Part shown: one piece after another, positions 62,075-64,000 of the stretch
Numbering within the stretch: the first letter of the stretch is position 1
Layout of the letters: every line of letters starts with the position of its first letter
From: Microcoleus sp.
GTDB taxonomy: Bacteria > Cyanobacteriota > Cyanobacteriia > Cyanobacteriales > Microcoleaceae
Assembly: GCA_052279835.1 (NCBI GenBank)
Contig: CP181291.1
Coordinates: 2,592,001 to 2,656,000, forward strand
DNA: 64,000 nucleotides
Direction: 5' to 3'
Position numbers and translations under genes: made by a program
Notes under the pieces: model-generated
Databases searched by the model: none
What the model was told of the DNA's origin: nothing
Seen by the model: the letters and a program-made list of their open reading frames with translations, nothing else

Positions 62075-63571
62075 CTATTTCATTAAAGCAGCGCCGCGGT
62101 TGTAAAGTTCCCGCGCGTAATCAGTCCAAGTTCCCTGTCCCCAATAGCGGAAACAGCTTGTTTGCACCAACAAATTGTAAAGCAAAGCTTGTTGATATTC
62201 AAACTGCTTAGTAACTGCTGCATTTTGCTGCACCAACGGGTCGTACTTTTGGTGAAATGCTGCGCTGAGTTGATTCATCGGTTCCAAGACGTTTTCGTAG
62301 CCTTTTACCCAACTCAAATCATTTGTCCAAGAAGCACCATCCATGTGAAAATTATGGTCTGTTTCCTTGAGTTGGGCGATCGCACTTTCCACCTTTTCCG
62401 GTGTCGCACTATCAGCATCGACTAATTGCCAGATTTTGTGCTGGTTAACCCCCTGACAAACAGGATAATCATCAGGATTAACCCCCGCCGCTTCGATTAT
62501 TTCCAAATATTCAGTACCGTTTAAACCGACAACACCGGATTTTCCGCCACCTTGTTCCCGGTTTTCGTGCCAAGCTTTCATAAAAGCACTGGGGAATTCA
62601 TTCATCATCACGCCGCCATTTTCGCCATCAGCAATCTGAGTGACTAAAGAAGGAATTGTAATATTGCCAATTTGCTGTTTGTTGCGTCCTTTTGCTTCGT
62701 AATAAGGCTGCATTTGACCGACCAATTTTGTATCAGAACCTTGGGTTTTAATCAAAGCCGTGATGCTGATGGTTTCGCCGCGAGAATTGCGCGCGATCAA
62801 ACGGTTGGGAATGTATTTTTGGTCTTGGGACAATCCGTAACCATCAATGTTTTCGACAGAATGTTCCTGTACCATCAGCCAGCGGTAGCCGCATTCTTTC
62901 AAAGCTTTGATGTATTCATAAAGCGTGTCAGGATGATTGGGAAAGTGCATTTCTGGGGGCGAAAAACCTTTGACGCGCTTCAGGGCATCTATGCCAAAAA
63001 TGGCTGCAAAATGATGTTGCCATGCTTGAATGTGGAGTTTGATGTCGGGAATGGGAGTCGAAGGAATAACGGCATGACTCCACATTGTCCCCAGCCATTC
63101 TACGTGAGGTTGATATTGTGGATCGCAGGTAATCCGCTTGAGATTATCAAAAATATCGTCACGTCCCATTTGGCGCAATCCCCACAATAAATTGCCCGAA
63201 TAATCGAGCATAATTCGCGGGTTGCAACCTTCAGCAATCAGTTGGGGAATGAATTCTCCCATGCGGGAATAGCACCAAGCAAAGACTCCGGCGTTGTGAT
63301 TGTCTCCTTGGTTGGGATGTTCAAACATATGCTGGAGATTGCAGATTAGTTCGCCGTTTGCACCGGCTGGAATTGTGGGTTGGTGCATATGCAGGGCGCA
63401 GGCGAATCCAGCTTGAATGTTTTCGAGGCGCAGATTTGTGGTAGGTAGAAAGACTGGTTCGTTGCTATTGGCTGCGGCGCTAATTTCTGCTTCATGGCCG
63501 CAAATATTGGGTAATCCTGATTTGATTTCTTCTAAAATGGGTAAATTGGGAGATTGTGCGATCGCAGGCAT
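62075..63571 (-). CDS. Glycoside hydrolase family 57 protein
   Basis: LHMHQP; FSPPE; DGENGG; TSCFRYWG. Start set at MPAIAQ. Confidence 0.85.
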   Translation of the reverse strand: MPAIAQSPNLPILEEIKSGLPNICGHEAEISAAANSNEPVFLPTTNLRLENIQAGFACALHMHQPTIPAGANGELICNLQHMFEHPNQGDNHNAGVFAWCYSRMGEFIPQLIAEGCNPRIMLDYSGNLLWGLRQMGRDDIFDNLKRITCDPQYQPHVEWLGTMWSHAVIPSTPIPDIKLHIQAWQHHFAAIFGIDALKRVKGFSPPEMHFPNHPDTLYEYIKALKECGYRWLMVQEHSVENIDGYGLSQDQKYIPNRLIARNSRGETISITALIKTQGSDTKLVGQMQPYYEAKGRNKQQIGNITIPSLVTQIADGENGGVMMNEFPSAFMKAWHENREQGGGKSGVVGLNGTEYLEIIEAAGVNPDDYPVCQGVNQHKIWQLVDADSATPEKVESAIAQLKETDHNFHMDGASWTNDLSWVKGYENVLEPMNQLSAAFHQKYDPLVQQNAAVTKQFEYQQALLYNLLVQTSCFRYWGQGTWTDYARELYNRGAALMK

Positions 63572-64000
63572 AAAACTTTCCTCAATATTTGTGGAGCCCA
63601 ACTGTCTGCTATTGCTAAAATAGCGGTAAAATTTAAGGGTAGCAGAATCTGCCTGCCAAAGCATTTATCCTGGATTTTATTCTGTTTTTAACCGATCGCA
63701 AAAATGCTTAAATGTGGAACAGTCTAACTAACCTGCGACTGCTGTCGCCGTCTATACCAGCACTTGTCAAAGTAATGGTTTTTTTCTTAACTTGGACTTG
63801 TCTATGGTTGCCGATCGCCATTATGGTCGCGATCGCCCTGAAATGGCAACCACCCCTACCCTTGGGAAACAAAAAACTACCATTAGTAGCCTCCCTCTAC
63901 CTCCTAGTCCCCTTCATTTTATGGGCGACAACCTGGATAGAAAGCGTGTCCTTTGCCGACTGGGGTTTGTTTTGGCAACCCACAACCTTAATCTCTGCAC

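Noticed and set aside
1..64000. Frequent GCGATCGC octamers as a novel motif
   Set aside because: This is HIP1, a well-known cyanobacterial repeat.

Overview
This is a chromosomal segment of a filamentous cyanobacterium, probably Oscillatoriales (Microcoleus-like): it carries psbA, abundant HIP1 GCGATCGC octamers, heptamer tandem repeats and several MITE/REP families. Housekeeping genes (hetF-like, cyAbrB, recX, ureEFG, metF, trpS, cimA, thiO, psbA, miaB, ddl, htrA, rlmD, mpg, GH57) alternate with accessory loci. (1) A giant RTX-type Ca-binding protein with Cys-containing nonapeptides runs off the left edge. (2) An IS607 element (serine recombinase plus TnpB with a rearranged RuvC) sits at a GG inside a DUF4385 gene. 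(3) A decayed TPR-CHAT / small protein / CorA-like operon (CATRA-like) contains a 4 x 88 bp array, next to two orphan MNT genes with HEPN stubs. (4) A peptide-export cluster has HlyD, a C39-ABC transporter and three double-glycine precursors: one acidic and two Arg/Tyr-rich, one of them missing from the ORF track, with no modifying enzymes. (5) A thrice-repeated 'partner + PEP-CTERM-type exported protein' module shares a 177-bp upstream element with an NtcA-like box, and its last copy is fused in frame to an O-antigen-ligase domain. No rRNA, tRNA or CRISPR array was seen. All family assignments come from motif recognition by eye, not from database searches.
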